DNA of 64,000 nt from Candidatus Latescibacterota bacterium. Its GTDB lineage: Bacteria > Latescibacterota > UBA2968 > UBA8231. The translations under genes and the position numbers were made by a program. The notes under the pieces are model-generated. The model was not told the DNA's origin, ran no database searches, and was given only the letters and a program-made list of their open reading frames with translations. Below are positions 47,757 to 57,398 of this stretch, piece after piece. Location of the stretch: positions 1,248,001 to 1,312,000 of the forward strand of contig CBDFJF010000002.1 of NCBI GenBank assembly GCA_965248265.1, read 5' to 3'. The first letter of the stretch is position 1, and each line of letters starts with the position of its first letter.

Positions 47757-49529
47757 TCACCCTTTGGGGTTGAGCCGGACGTGGCGGCACGTCGGGTTCA
47801 GGCCTTCGATGAAGGGACCCACCGGGACTTCATCACCGGGGTACGGACGGCCGAAGTAGTCGAGCGTCAACAGCTCGTGCCGGGGAACCGTCGGGATCCC
47901 ATCGGTCGCCGTCGACCAGTCCAGGAGCTGGGCTTCGGAATCGATCGCCAGGTCGAGCTGGACCGTGGCACTGTTGGCGTCCAGACCGGATTTCTGCCAC
48001 TCCTCCAGGCTGAAACCCTCGCCCATTCCGGAGAGGATGTTGAAGTCGGAGACATTCCCCATTCTCTCGTAGTCGAACGCCACGCCGCACCCTACCAGGA
48101 CATTGTTGATCACGTCGTTGTCCTTGCAGACGCCCACCCGGTCCCGAGACTCCGTCTTGCGCATGTGGACGGCAGCGTAGTCGCAGTTGACGACCAGGTT
48201 GTGCGCGATCAGCAGCTTATCACAGTCCCGTGCGTACAGACCGCTGCCCACGGACACGTTGTAGATGATGTTGTGGTCGATCAGGTTGACGACGTTCGAA
48301 GCCTCGAAGAAGATCGCCCCGTTGAATGAGGCGATGTCGTGCAGGAGATTGCGGCTTACCCGGGAGTTGACGTTCACGAAATCGATCCAGATGGCCGATG
48401 AGGCGCGAATGTCGTGGATGTGATTGCACTCCACCACCGTGTCGCGCAGCAAGAGGATCTTGATGCCGGCCGTCTCCTGGTAGGACTGCACGTCCTGCCA
48501 ACCGCAATGGTGGATGTGGTTGTCGGCCACCAGACCGCGCGGGACCACGGTTCCCTGGATGCCGCCCGTGCCGCAGTCGTAGACGTGATTGCGGCGCGCT
48601 ATATGATCCCCCCGCTTCTCGTAGATCTCCTCGCGGTCCTGGTCCTCAGCGCGCTCGTCGGTGTAGCCACCGATCTCGATGCCGACCGAATTGATGTGAC
48701 GGACGGTGTTGTCCTCGATGATCCAGTGGTGACCGCCCCACGTCGCCAGAGCGCCATTGCCAGAGCGGATGAAGCCGTTGCCGGCGTGCTCGATGGTCAA
48801 TCCTTTGACGCAGATGTACCCCAATCCGGTCACCAGTGGGTTGAACACGAACTGCCGTGTTGTCGCCTCGATCTTGCAGGTGTGTGGATTGCGGTCGTCG
48901 AAGGGACTGATGTACAGTTTGCGCTCTTCAGCGTCGATCCAGAAGGTCCCGGGCACCCGTGGTAGATCATGGAGAGTGCCCAGCTGGGTCAGCCGGCGCC
49001 CGTCCTGGAAGACCATCGCCCGGGGCAGTGCGTGCGGCACCACCCCTTTCGACCCGCGCGCCCAGCGCATGAGCTCGAAGTCCTCGTCGGTGGTGTTGAC
49101 GACGGCGAAGGGATGATCGCCTTCGAAGAAGGACGCGGGAGGCTCCGTCACCCACACGCCGACCGAGTTGGGTGACCCCGTATTGTCCCAGGTGGCGTCC
49201 AGCACCTGCGAACCGCTGAGAATGGGCTCGGCCCCCGGGGCGGCCTCGTAGCTGATCATCCCATCCGGCCCAGTGCCGCCGCGTCGCGGCTGCACCAGTT
49301 CGCGGTAGATACCCGACTTGATCAGTACCTTCTCGCCAGGTTGAACAACCTCGGCGGCCGCCTGAATGGTGAGAAAGGGAGCTTCTTCCGTTCCCGGATT
49401 GTCGTCGGCTGCGCCCGGATGTTGCTGATCGACGTAGTACGCCTTGGTGTACGCCGTTTCATCGTGCCATTGCTGGAACTCGGTTCCGTCCGGTAGAAGG
49501 ATCGGTTCATCATTCGACTGTATGGCCAT
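47757..49529 (-). CDS. DUF1565/right-handed parallel beta-helix protein (GH120-like architecture)
   Basis: DDNPGT.EAPF.TIQAAAEV..PG..V.I..GIYRE.V.P.RGG followed by N-rich beta-helix repeats. No signal peptide. Confidence 0.75.
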   Translation of the reverse strand: MAIQSNDEPILLPDGTEFQQWHDETAYTKAYYVDQQHPGAADDNPGTEEAPFLTIQAAAEVVQPGEKVLIKSGIYRELVQPRRGGTGPDGMISYEAAPGAEPILSGSQVLDATWDNTGSPNSVGVWVTEPPASFFEGDHPFAVVNTTDEDFELMRWARGSKGVVPHALPRAMVFQDGRRLTQLGTLHDLPRVPGTFWIDAEERKLYISPFDDRNPHTCKIEATTRQFVFNPLVTGLGYICVKGLTIEHAGNGFIRSGNGALATWGGHHWIIEDNTVRHINSVGIEIGGYTDERAEDQDREEIYEKRGDHIARRNHVYDCGTGGIQGTVVPRGLVADNHIHHCGWQDVQSYQETAGIKILLLRDTVVECNHIHDIRASSAIWIDFVNVNSRVSRNLLHDIASFNGAIFFEASNVVNLIDHNIIYNVSVGSGLYARDCDKLLIAHNLVVNCDYAAVHMRKTESRDRVGVCKDNDVINNVLVGCGVAFDYERMGNVSDFNILSGMGEGFSLEEWQKSGLDANSATVQLDLAIDSEAQLLDWSTATDGIPTVPRHELLTLDYFGRPYPGDEVPVGPFIEGLNPTCRHVRLNPKG

Positions 49530-49573
49530 GTGTACCCGCTTCTCCCATCGTCATGTTTTGGAGTCTGAATTTG

Positions 49574-51343
49574 TCAATGCTGTGCGTTTCTTCCATTGAA
49601 GGCAAGCTTCAGTCGCCGGGGAACCGGGCTCCAGCCTTCGATGAAGGGTCCCGCGGTGATGTCGTCGCCCGGATACGGACGGCCGAAGTAGTCCAGGCTC
49701 AACTGCTTCTCGCGGCTCACCATCGGCACCGCATCCGCCTTCGAAGACCAGACCAGGCTCGGATCTGCGGGATCTATAGTCAAATCGAGCTCCACCGTCG
49801 CGCTATGCTCATCCAGACCGGACTCCTGCCATGCGCTAAAGTCAAAGCCGTCGCTCAGGCGTGAGAGGATGTTGTAGTCCGAGACATTGTCCATGACGTC
49901 GAAGTCGAAGGCCACCCCGCACTCTGCGATGACGTTGTTGAGGATAAGGTTGTTGGTGCAGATCCCCACCCGGTCCCGGCTCGGTGTCTTGCGGATGCAA
50001 ACCCCGGCATTGGCGCAATTCCGTATCAGATTGTGGGCGATCAACAGCCCATCGCAGTCCCGCTGGTAGACGCCGTTACCCTGCTCCACGTTGTAGATGA
50101 CGTTGTGGTCGATCAGGTTGAGAACATTGGATGCCTCGAAGAAGATGGCTCCGTTGGCCGCGGCGATGTCGTGCACCAGATTCCGGGTTACTCGGGAGTT
50201 TCGGTTGCCGCAGTCGATCCAGATGCCGGGAGCGCCGTGACAGTCGTGGATGTGATTGCATTGCACGACGGCGTCGAGGGTGAGCAGGATCTTGACGCCG
50301 GCCGTCTCCTGGTAGGACTGCACTTCCTGCCAGCCGATGTCGTGGATGTGGTTGTCAGCCACGAGACTCCGGGCGACTACGGTGCCCTGTATGCCTCCCG
50401 TGCCGCAATCGTAGACGTGATTGCCGTATACCAGATGGTCGCCGATGGTCTTTTCGAGCTCCTTCGGGTCGCCGCTGTTGGGCCCCTCTTCGGTGAAGGC
50501 GCCGATCTCGATGGCGACGGCGTTGAGGTGACGGACGGTGTTGTCCTGGATGATCCAGTGATGGCCGCCCCACGTCGTCACGGCGCCATTGCCGGAACGG
50601 ATGAAGCCGTTGCCGGCATGCTCGAAGGTCAGCGCTTTTAATTTTATGTACCCCAAGCCCTTTGTCCGCGGGTTCAGGAGGAATTGCCGGGTGGTCACCT
50701 CCATTTCGCAGGTATTGGGATCGGTGCGATCGAAGGGCTTCATGAACAGTTGACGGTTTTCGGCGTCGATCCAGAACGTCCCGGTGACGCGGGGCAAATC
50801 GTCATAGGTCCCGAGTTGTGTCAGTCGGCGACCGTCCTGGAAAACCATGCCGCGGGGCAAGCAATGCGGATTCGTGCCCCTGGACCCGCGTGCCCACCGC
50901 ATGATATCGAAGTCCTCGTCGGTGGTGTTGACGACGGCGAAGGGATGATCTCCTTCGAAGAAGCCCTCCGGTAGTTCGGTCGTCCACACACTCACGCAGC
51001 GATCCGAATGCGTCCATGTCGACCCTAACACTTCGGACCCGCGAATGATGGCTTCAGCCCCTGGGGCGGCCTCATAGCTGATCATCCCATCCGCCCCTGT
51101 GCCGCCTTGTCGAGGTTGGACCAGTTCCCGGTAGATGCCTGACTTGATCAGTACCTTCTCAGCCGGCCCGACAACCTCGGCTGCGGCCTGAATCGTGAGA
51201 AAGGGTGCCTCTTCCGTGCCCGGATTGCCATCTGACGCATCCGGATGCTGCTGGTCGACGTAGTATGCTCTTTGATAGTCCGTTTCATCCTCCCAGACCG
51301 GGAATTGTGTGCCGTCCGGAAGCAGGATCGGCAAGTCACTCAT
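49574..51343 (-). CDS. DUF1565/right-handed beta-helix protein, tandem paralogue of 47757..49529
   Basis: Colinear with its neighbour, sharing long identical stretches (e.g. FFEGDHPFAVVNTTDEDF, HAGNGFIRSGNG). Confidence 0.75.
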   Translation of the reverse strand: MSDLPILLPDGTQFPVWEDETDYQRAYYVDQQHPDASDGNPGTEEAPFLTIQAAAEVVGPAEKVLIKSGIYRELVQPRQGGTGADGMISYEAAPGAEAIIRGSEVLGSTWTHSDRCVSVWTTELPEGFFEGDHPFAVVNTTDEDFDIMRWARGSRGTNPHCLPRGMVFQDGRRLTQLGTYDDLPRVTGTFWIDAENRQLFMKPFDRTDPNTCEMEVTTRQFLLNPRTKGLGYIKLKALTFEHAGNGFIRSGNGAVTTWGGHHWIIQDNTVRHLNAVAIEIGAFTEEGPNSGDPKELEKTIGDHLVYGNHVYDCGTGGIQGTVVARSLVADNHIHDIGWQEVQSYQETAGVKILLTLDAVVQCNHIHDCHGAPGIWIDCGNRNSRVTRNLVHDIAAANGAIFFEASNVLNLIDHNVIYNVEQGNGVYQRDCDGLLIAHNLIRNCANAGVCIRKTPSRDRVGICTNNLILNNVIAECGVAFDFDVMDNVSDYNILSRLSDGFDFSAWQESGLDEHSATVELDLTIDPADPSLVWSSKADAVPMVSREKQLSLDYFGRPYPGDDITAGPFIEGWSPVPRRLKLAFNGRNAQH

Positions 51344-51380
51344 ATCTGCCCGTCTCTCCCGTCATCTTTTGAGAACTGCG

Positions 51381-53369
51381 CTATGGAACCTGGAACGGTA
51401 CCGGAATTTTGTCGCCGTGCCAGGGGAAGGCGTAGCTCGGGTCGTTGGCGAAGCGGTCGAGGCCGGCTTCCACGCGAATAGACGTGGACGGTGGCAGGCC
51501 GACGGCGAAGTACTTCGCGTCAATCGGTGTGACCGTGTCCGCGTCCCGACCTTCCTCGTGATATCGGATCTGCGTGAACTGGTGCTCGCCGAAAGCACCC
51601 GCTTGCACGATGAGATTGCGGGTTTCGCTTCGGTGGGTGTTGACGAGCTGAAGGCCGACGCGGTCGGGACCCAGCTCGTCGACCAAAGCGGCCACGTCCG
51701 GCGGTAGTCCCGGACGAGTGCGATCCTGGTCGAAATACCGCACCGTGGCCCGTAAGAGTCCACCGCAGTAAATGGTCTGAGGTGCACCCATCGTGACCTG
51801 GGTCAGGCCCTTGGTAACGACCGGCTGGTAGGGGAACTCGTTGGTCCGGATCATCTCGTCTTTCGTGCGCTCATCGAGCCGAATCCGCTCGTAGATCTCC
51901 AGGGCGTGCTGATACTCAGCGGAGAGGATCTTCTCCGGCCAGTCCGGGTTCTCGCCATCGTAATACTGAAACCGGGCGAACTCGTTCTGCCCGCCGTTTT
52001 TTTCACCCAAATCCGGGGTCACTTCGTTCCAATCCCGCTCCACTTCGCCGTCGCGGAGATGGGTGATCATCTCGTAGTCCTCTCGGGACATGGAGGCGTG
52101 GTACAGGTGCATGATCTCCTGTCCGCTCATTGGCCCGGGAGGCGCGTAGGACCACTGCTGTCCCATCGGGATGCCATCGTCATCGTAGGGCTCGACAGGC
52201 GGACCCTTTTCCCAGCCATCCTTGCCATACCGATGGGGCACGACGAGCTGGCCGTCCTCGCGCAGGTACCCCTGGTCGATCCTGACCTGGAGCTGCGAGC
52301 GCAGGAACTCCAGGTAGCTGCTGTCGCCGGTGAGCAGATGAGCACACTCGACGCCGATGTTGATGCCGTTGAACATGATGTTGCAGCCATTGTAGGAGGT
52401 CCAGCCATACTGCCCTCCCCACCATACACCCTCGCGTCCGCCGCCGATGACGCCATTGGCATCCACGTTGTCCGGGACGATGCCGCCGTTGCGCTCCGCT
52501 CGCTCCATCCAGGCCTCGGTGTAGTCGAGAACCCACTGTTTGTATTTGTCGTCGCCTGTGTAGAGGTAGGCGTTGGTCACCAGCGCCGTGGCACCCAGGC
52601 TGCTGGGGGTATCACACTGCATGACCAGTCTGTCGAACACGCCGAGGATCTCTTGCTCGCGTTCGGGGTTCTCGAACCAGCGGGCCTCGAGGTGCTTGAC
52701 GATGGGGTAGAGGCTTGCCCGAACTCCGTAGTAGTTGCCCGGGTCTCCCAGCCGGCGGCCACCCAGGAGCATGACGTTGGCGAAGACCGTATCGGCTTCC
52801 AGCTTGGGACCCTGACTGGAATGGAAGGGGGAGCGCAGGATCCGGTGCTCGGGGTCCCAATTGGGGGCTTCGGGGTCTTCCCCGATGAACATGGCCGCGA
52901 AGCGCCTGGCTCGCCGCACGTTCTCGGAGATGGTCGGATCGCCCACGCCCATGTGATAGAACGCCGTTCCTCCCTCCCCGAGATGGTGCCACTCCGCGCC
53001 CTCGTCCAGGTTCCAGAACTCGTTGTGGATGGAAGGGCGGTAGACCCTGATGAAATCGTCGTGGACGTTGGGGCGATGGCGAATGCTGTCATCCATGATA
53101 CGGGTGGCTGCGTTCCACTGGTGCAGGTGGATGTCCATCATGTCGTCGGCAGCGCCCATGGCATAGAACAGGCTGTAGTTGTAGAACTGCTCGTAGAGGT
53201 CATCGAGATCCTCGGCGAGCAGGGTACCGCCGCCACGCTCCGTGTACTTCCTGGTAAACAGGCGCGCTGACTGCTCCATCAGCGCAAAGAGGTTGCGCTC
53301 CATGAGGGCCCACGCCGGTGGTGCCGCGACCTTCGTCGCCTTGATTGACTTCATGTTCGGGAATTCCAC
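51381..53369 (-). CDS. Conserved-looking hypothetical protein, possibly an alpha/alpha-barrel carbohydrate enzyme
   Basis: Long ORF with host-like codon usage. Aromatic/acidic motifs DDLYE, EWHH.GEG, NAYLYTGD.KY..W..DY and WWGG.YGW. Confidence 0.6.
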   Translation of the reverse strand: MEFPNMKSIKATKVAAPPAWALMERNLFALMEQSARLFTRKYTERGGGTLLAEDLDDLYEQFYNYSLFYAMGAADDMMDIHLHQWNAATRIMDDSIRHRPNVHDDFIRVYRPSIHNEFWNLDEGAEWHHLGEGGTAFYHMGVGDPTISENVRRARRFAAMFIGEDPEAPNWDPEHRILRSPFHSSQGPKLEADTVFANVMLLGGRRLGDPGNYYGVRASLYPIVKHLEARWFENPEREQEILGVFDRLVMQCDTPSSLGATALVTNAYLYTGDDKYKQWVLDYTEAWMERAERNGGIVPDNVDANGVIGGGREGVWWGGQYGWTSYNGCNIMFNGINIGVECAHLLTGDSSYLEFLRSQLQVRIDQGYLREDGQLVVPHRYGKDGWEKGPPVEPYDDDGIPMGQQWSYAPPGPMSGQEIMHLYHASMSREDYEMITHLRDGEVERDWNEVTPDLGEKNGGQNEFARFQYYDGENPDWPEKILSAEYQHALEIYERIRLDERTKDEMIRTNEFPYQPVVTKGLTQVTMGAPQTIYCGGLLRATVRYFDQDRTRPGLPPDVAALVDELGPDRVGLQLVNTHRSETRNLIVQAGAFGEHQFTQIRYHEEGRDADTVTPIDAKYFAVGLPPSTSIRVEAGLDRFANDPSYAFPWHGDKIPVPFQVP

Positions 53370-53393
53370 GGTTGTGGGTGTATGGATCGAGGC

Positions 53394-54218
53394 TCAGTCT
53401 GCGAACGTCCAGACGGAGAGCGCGCTCTTGCTGAAGAGCCACTCCTTGTCGTCATCGGTGAGGAAGTCCATGTGGGTTTGAAACAACTCCAGCGCCGGGC
53501 CATAGCCTGGAGCCTTGAGGACGTGCGGGAAATCGGTACCCCACATCACCCGCTGCGGACCGAAGGCCTCCAAGAGCCGCTGAAAGGTAGGGAAGGCATC
53601 CCGGTGCGGATAGGGCTCCTTCGATGTGGGCAACTGGGGTGTGAACTTGACGTACACGTTGGGATATTTGGCCATGCCCAGGACGATGCTCTGGACCGGA
53701 TACGGCGGGTCCTCGTCCGTGGGGGCGCGGCCCATGTGGTCGAGGACGACCTTGACCCCCGGGTACCGTGCGATGATGGGTTCGACCGCCGGCAGCAGGG
53801 GAGCCGGCCCATAGACGATGAAGCCAGCGCCCAACTTCTCGGCGCGCTGCCAGATCGGATCCTGGTTGGGGGCCGCCCATTCAGCGGGGTCGTCGGGTCG
53901 TGACAAGTGAATGCGCAGCCCGGCGAAGCCGTCCTCTTCGACTAGGCGTTGGAGCTGATCGGGCGTGTCCGGAGCGTGGCGGTCCAGCAACCCGATGGCG
54001 GCGAATTTTCCCGGGAAGCGCCGAATACATTCGGCCACGTAACGATTGTCGTAGAGGTAGTAGGCGGGTTGCACGATGCAAGCCTTGTCCACTCCCGACT
54101 CCTCCATGGTCTGGTTCAACAGCTCCACCGGAGCTCCTTCCTTGGTCTCCACCCCTTCGGCGAAGGGATAGAGGTCGAAGTCATCGCTCCAGACGTGAAG
54201 GTGGGCATCAATGATCAT
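53394..54218 (-). CDS. Amidohydrolase_2 family (LigI/sugar-lactonase-like)
   Basis: IIDAHLHVW, VLDHMG and RVMWGTDFP motifs. Confidence 0.88.
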   Translation of the reverse strand: MIIDAHLHVWSDDFDLYPFAEGVETKEGAPVELLNQTMEESGVDKACIVQPAYYLYDNRYVAECIRRFPGKFAAIGLLDRHAPDTPDQLQRLVEEDGFAGLRIHLSRPDDPAEWAAPNQDPIWQRAEKLGAGFIVYGPAPLLPAVEPIIARYPGVKVVLDHMGRAPTDEDPPYPVQSIVLGMAKYPNVYVKFTPQLPTSKEPYPHRDAFPTFQRLLEAFGPQRVMWGTDFPHVLKAPGYGPALELFQTHMDFLTDDDKEWLFSKSALSVWTFAD

Positions 54219-54275
54219 GGTTCCTCCATTCTATGGCCCCGGCGATGCAGGGCGTCAATGTTCAGCACCCGGATC

Positions 54276-55028
54276 TTACTCGAACCGGCTCCGGTACTGC
54301 ATCATGTTGTCCTGTGGCTTGTAACCGAGGATATCGACCGCCGGGCCGATGTCGAGGGGGCCGCAGCGATGACCCCAGCTGTTGCCGGAGGTGCCGTAGG
54401 TTACGATAAATCTCTCCGGTCCCTGGTAATCAATGGCCAGGCCGAAGAGTTGGACGCAGTCGCGCGGTGACAGCAAATAACCGCAAGAGCGCAAGTTGCT
54501 CGGCTCAGTCTCTCCGGAATACGTGCCGATGCGGATGGCGGTGAAGCGCATGTCGCCCCCATTCACCATCATACGGCCGCCGATCTCGCCCATCCCTTTC
54601 ATGGCGGCGTACCAGCTTTCGGGCTGGAACTGATCGGTCGTGTACACAGGCCCGCCGCCGCTGATCTCGCTCCCGGTGTTGACTTTGTTCGTACTGCTGA
54701 AGACGATCCTGCCGATGCCGGCCTTGCGGGCGGTCTCAAACAGCGCCAGGGTCATGCCGATATCGCTCATCCTGCCGCTGTCGGGGCTGGTGTCCTCGCC
54801 CCTGAAGAAGGCGAGGTGGACGAGCACATCCTGATCCTGACAGATCGTGCGCATGAAGCCAAGATCGCAGACGTCACCGATCTCCGTTCTCGAGCGCGCC
54901 TGCTCGATCGGCTGCACATCGCTGAGGGTCAACTCGTATTTACCCTCTGCCTCCCAGGCCTGCCAAAGGGTCGTGCCCACATTGCCGGCGGCACCGGTCA
55001 TGACGATTCGGGGCTTGTTATCAGCCAA
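54276..55028 (-). CDS. NAD-dependent epimerase/uronate-dehydrogenase-like SDR
   Basis: TGAAGNVG, LVHLA, FSST, Y...K, IRIG and LSPRD motifs. Confidence 0.85.
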   Translation of the reverse strand: MADNKPRIVMTGAAGNVGTTLWQAWEAEGKYELTLSDVQPIEQARSRTEIGDVCDLGFMRTICQDQDVLVHLAFFRGEDTSPDSGRMSDIGMTLALFETARKAGIGRIVFSSTNKVNTGSEISGGGPVYTTDQFQPESWYAAMKGMGEIGGRMMVNGGDMRFTAIRIGTYSGETEPSNLRSCGYLLSPRDCVQLFGLAIDYQGPERFIVTYGTSGNSWGHRCGPLDIGPAVDILGYKPQDNMMQYRSRFE

Positions 55029-56256
55029 AGGCTCCGTCCTCCGCCAGATCAGCTAGAATATTCTCATACACCTCAAAATGCTCCCCCTCTGCCTCCTGCG
55101 GATCCACCCACTTCATCCACAGCGCCGAATCCTTGCGGGCGCCGCTCAGTTTTCGTCGGCTCCCCAGGTTCGCCGGGTCGGGTCCGTGCCAAACCACCTG
55201 GTCATCCTGCAGGAAGAGAAACTCCCCGGCGTAGGATTCCGTCAGCTTTTCACGGTGCTCACGGTAATACAGCGCCTGCTCACACGTGGTTCTGCGCCAG
55301 CTCTTCACGGTCTCAGGGGAATCCACCTCGACCGAGTCGAAGACAGCCAGTGGTGGCTCAACGTCGGTCTCGAAATCAATCTCTTCCAGGTTTACGGTGC
55401 CGAACCCGTGCTCGGCCGCAACCAGCAGGGGATTGCGGTCCCTTCGGTAGGGTGGCGTCGGCCAGTCCCCGGCCGGATCATGTCCCATCAGCCACGCCCC
55501 GCACGCGTCCGTGGACACGACGTGATCTCCCGCCACCAGCACATTGCCGATCCGGCCCTCGCCACCCCATTCCCGCTTCGACTGGCACACCAGGCCGTCG
55601 ATGATGTTGAGACAGGGTTTGGTGATCATGCCCAGATCCGGGAGCACGTGCGACAGGCGGATGATGTGGTGGTAGTAGCGTCGATAGCGTCCGTGGGGCG
55701 GCATGGGTGGCAACCCAAACAGGTTCTTCAGACACAGTGTTACCCCCATGAACCCATGGTTCTTCATCTTGGCCAGGGATATCACGGCATCCGCCTCGGC
55801 GAAGCACTCACTCAGCTGATAGCGCGAGAACATGCATCCTCCACCCGGCACGTCGAAGTACCGGGAAGGAGGATCGTTGGATTCGAGGTATTCCACCCCG
55901 AAGTCGTCGAGGTGGGTCTGGATATTCAAGGCCAGATCAGGTGCGGCCGTGGTGTCGGTGACGATGACCTCAGCCGACGAGCGCTCCCGCAGCAGGCGCA
56001 GCAATGCGCGCAGCACCGCGTCGTCGACGAGTTCCTGACGGCGACCCTCGAAATACACGATCCCATCACCGTAATCAACGCCCGGCGGCGGCCATAACAT
56101 ATTCAGCTTGATGACCACCCGGCGGGCGTTCTCGATGCGCTGCCAGGAGCGCTCCAGAGGTGACGTAATCCGACTCATTGTCTCGTAGATCTCATCTTCC
56201 GAGGCACGATGATCGCAGTGAGCGGCTCGAACGGAATACTCAGACATAGGATTCAC
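55021..56256 (-). CDS. DUF362 domain protein with C-terminal extension
   Basis: VVIKLN, ISLAKMKNH..GVTLCLKNLFG, IIDG and D.VSTDA motifs. Confidence 0.85.
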   Translation of the reverse strand: MNPMSEYSVRAAHCDHRASEDEIYETMSRITSPLERSWQRIENARRVVIKLNMLWPPPGVDYGDGIVYFEGRRQELVDDAVLRALLRLLRERSSAEVIVTDTTAAPDLALNIQTHLDDFGVEYLESNDPPSRYFDVPGGGCMFSRYQLSECFAEADAVISLAKMKNHGFMGVTLCLKNLFGLPPMPPHGRYRRYYHHIIRLSHVLPDLGMITKPCLNIIDGLVCQSKREWGGEGRIGNVLVAGDHVVSTDACGAWLMGHDPAGDWPTPPYRRDRNPLLVAAEHGFGTVNLEEIDFETDVEPPLAVFDSVEVDSPETVKSWRRTTCEQALYYREHREKLTESYAGEFLFLQDDQVVWHGPDPANLGSRRKLSGARKDSALWMKWVDPQEAEGEHFEVYENILADLAEDGAFG

Positions 56257-56261
56257 CTTCC

Positions 56262-57383
56262 CTAATAGTCCTGCACGGAGCCATCCTCGCGGCGCCAGTG
56301 GGGCGGCTCAGTGGGATTGAAGGGATTGGCCGCGGCCGCTTCCTCGTTCAAATCGATCCCCAGGCCCGGGGAGTCCGACGGCAGCAGATAACCCTCCTCG
56401 ATGAGCATGTCGTACTCGAACACATCGTTCATCCACGCGGTCGGCGGTGAGTACTCCTGTACCGCGCAGTTGGGGATGGACATGTTCAAATGCAGCATGG
56501 CCGCCGTGCTCACCGGACTGGCGGTGAAGTGGCAGGCCATTTCCTGATAGTGCACCTCGCCCATGGTCGCGATCTTTTTGCCTTCTGTGATGCCGCCGGT
56601 GTGGCAGATGTCCACCCTCAGGTAGTCGACAAGCTCATCCTCGATCAGCTCGCGGAACCCCCATTTGGTATGGAACTGCTCACCGGTGCCGAGAGGTACG
56701 TTGGTATGTTCCCGCAGCGTTCTGAACGACCTCGGATTCTCGGAACGGATCGGGTCTTCGACGTAGAACGGACGACCCGCTTCAATGCCATTGCACAACT
56801 CGATGGCCCGTGGCGGCGTCAATCGGGTGTGCGCTTCCAGAATGATCTCCACGTCGTCGCCGACAGCCGCCCGCAGCGCGGCGAAGTGTTCGATACCGTC
56901 CGTCACGGCCGACTTCGGATTGAAGTCGCCGACGCAACGAATCGGCGAAATCCGCAGAACTCGCCAGCCTTCATCCAAGAGCTCAAGCGAATGCTCTATC
57001 AACTGTTCCGCAGTCGTTCCTCCGCCCGCATGGCGATACAGCAGGACTTTGTCGCGCGAGGCGCCACCAAGAAGCCGGTAGGTCGGCACCCCCAGCGCTT
57101 TCCCAGCCAGGTCCCACAGCGCAATGTCGATGCCGGCCAGTGCCGACTGCAGCACCGGTCCCCCGCGCCAGAACGTGCCCCGGAAGATGTCCTGCCAGAT
57201 ATGCTCGATCCGGGTCGCGTCCTGCCCGATGAGGACGGACTTGAGATGATCCAGGGCGCCGACGACGGCCAGCGACCTGCCGCCGAGCGAGGCTTCCCCG
57301 ATACCGTACAACCCGTCCTCGGCGACGATCTTCACGTAAACGTACTCTGCCACCGGGAACACCTTCACATCAGTGATTTTCAT
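56262..57383 (-). CDS. Galactonate dehydratase (DgoD)-like enolase-superfamily enzyme
   Basis: FWRGGPV..SALAGIDIALWDLAGK, EAH, YVED, TGEQ and C-terminal REDGSVQDY. Confidence 0.88.
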   Translation of the reverse strand: MKITDVKVFPVAEYVYVKIVAEDGLYGIGEASLGGRSLAVVGALDHLKSVLIGQDATRIEHIWQDIFRGTFWRGGPVLQSALAGIDIALWDLAGKALGVPTYRLLGGASRDKVLLYRHAGGGTTAEQLIEHSLELLDEGWRVLRISPIRCVGDFNPKSAVTDGIEHFAALRAAVGDDVEIILEAHTRLTPPRAIELCNGIEAGRPFYVEDPIRSENPRSFRTLREHTNVPLGTGEQFHTKWGFRELIEDELVDYLRVDICHTGGITEGKKIATMGEVHYQEMACHFTASPVSTAAMLHLNMSIPNCAVQEYSPPTAWMNDVFEYDMLIEEGYLLPSDSPGLGIDLNEEAAAANPFNPTEPPHWRREDGSVQDY

Positions 57384-57398
57384 GGATTCTCCTCGATA

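Noticed and set aside
51906-53270. Long antisense ORFs (also 559..1671, 42139..43371, 59715..60830 and others)
   Set aside because: They lie opposite well-supported genes in high-GC DNA and show no recognisable motifs.
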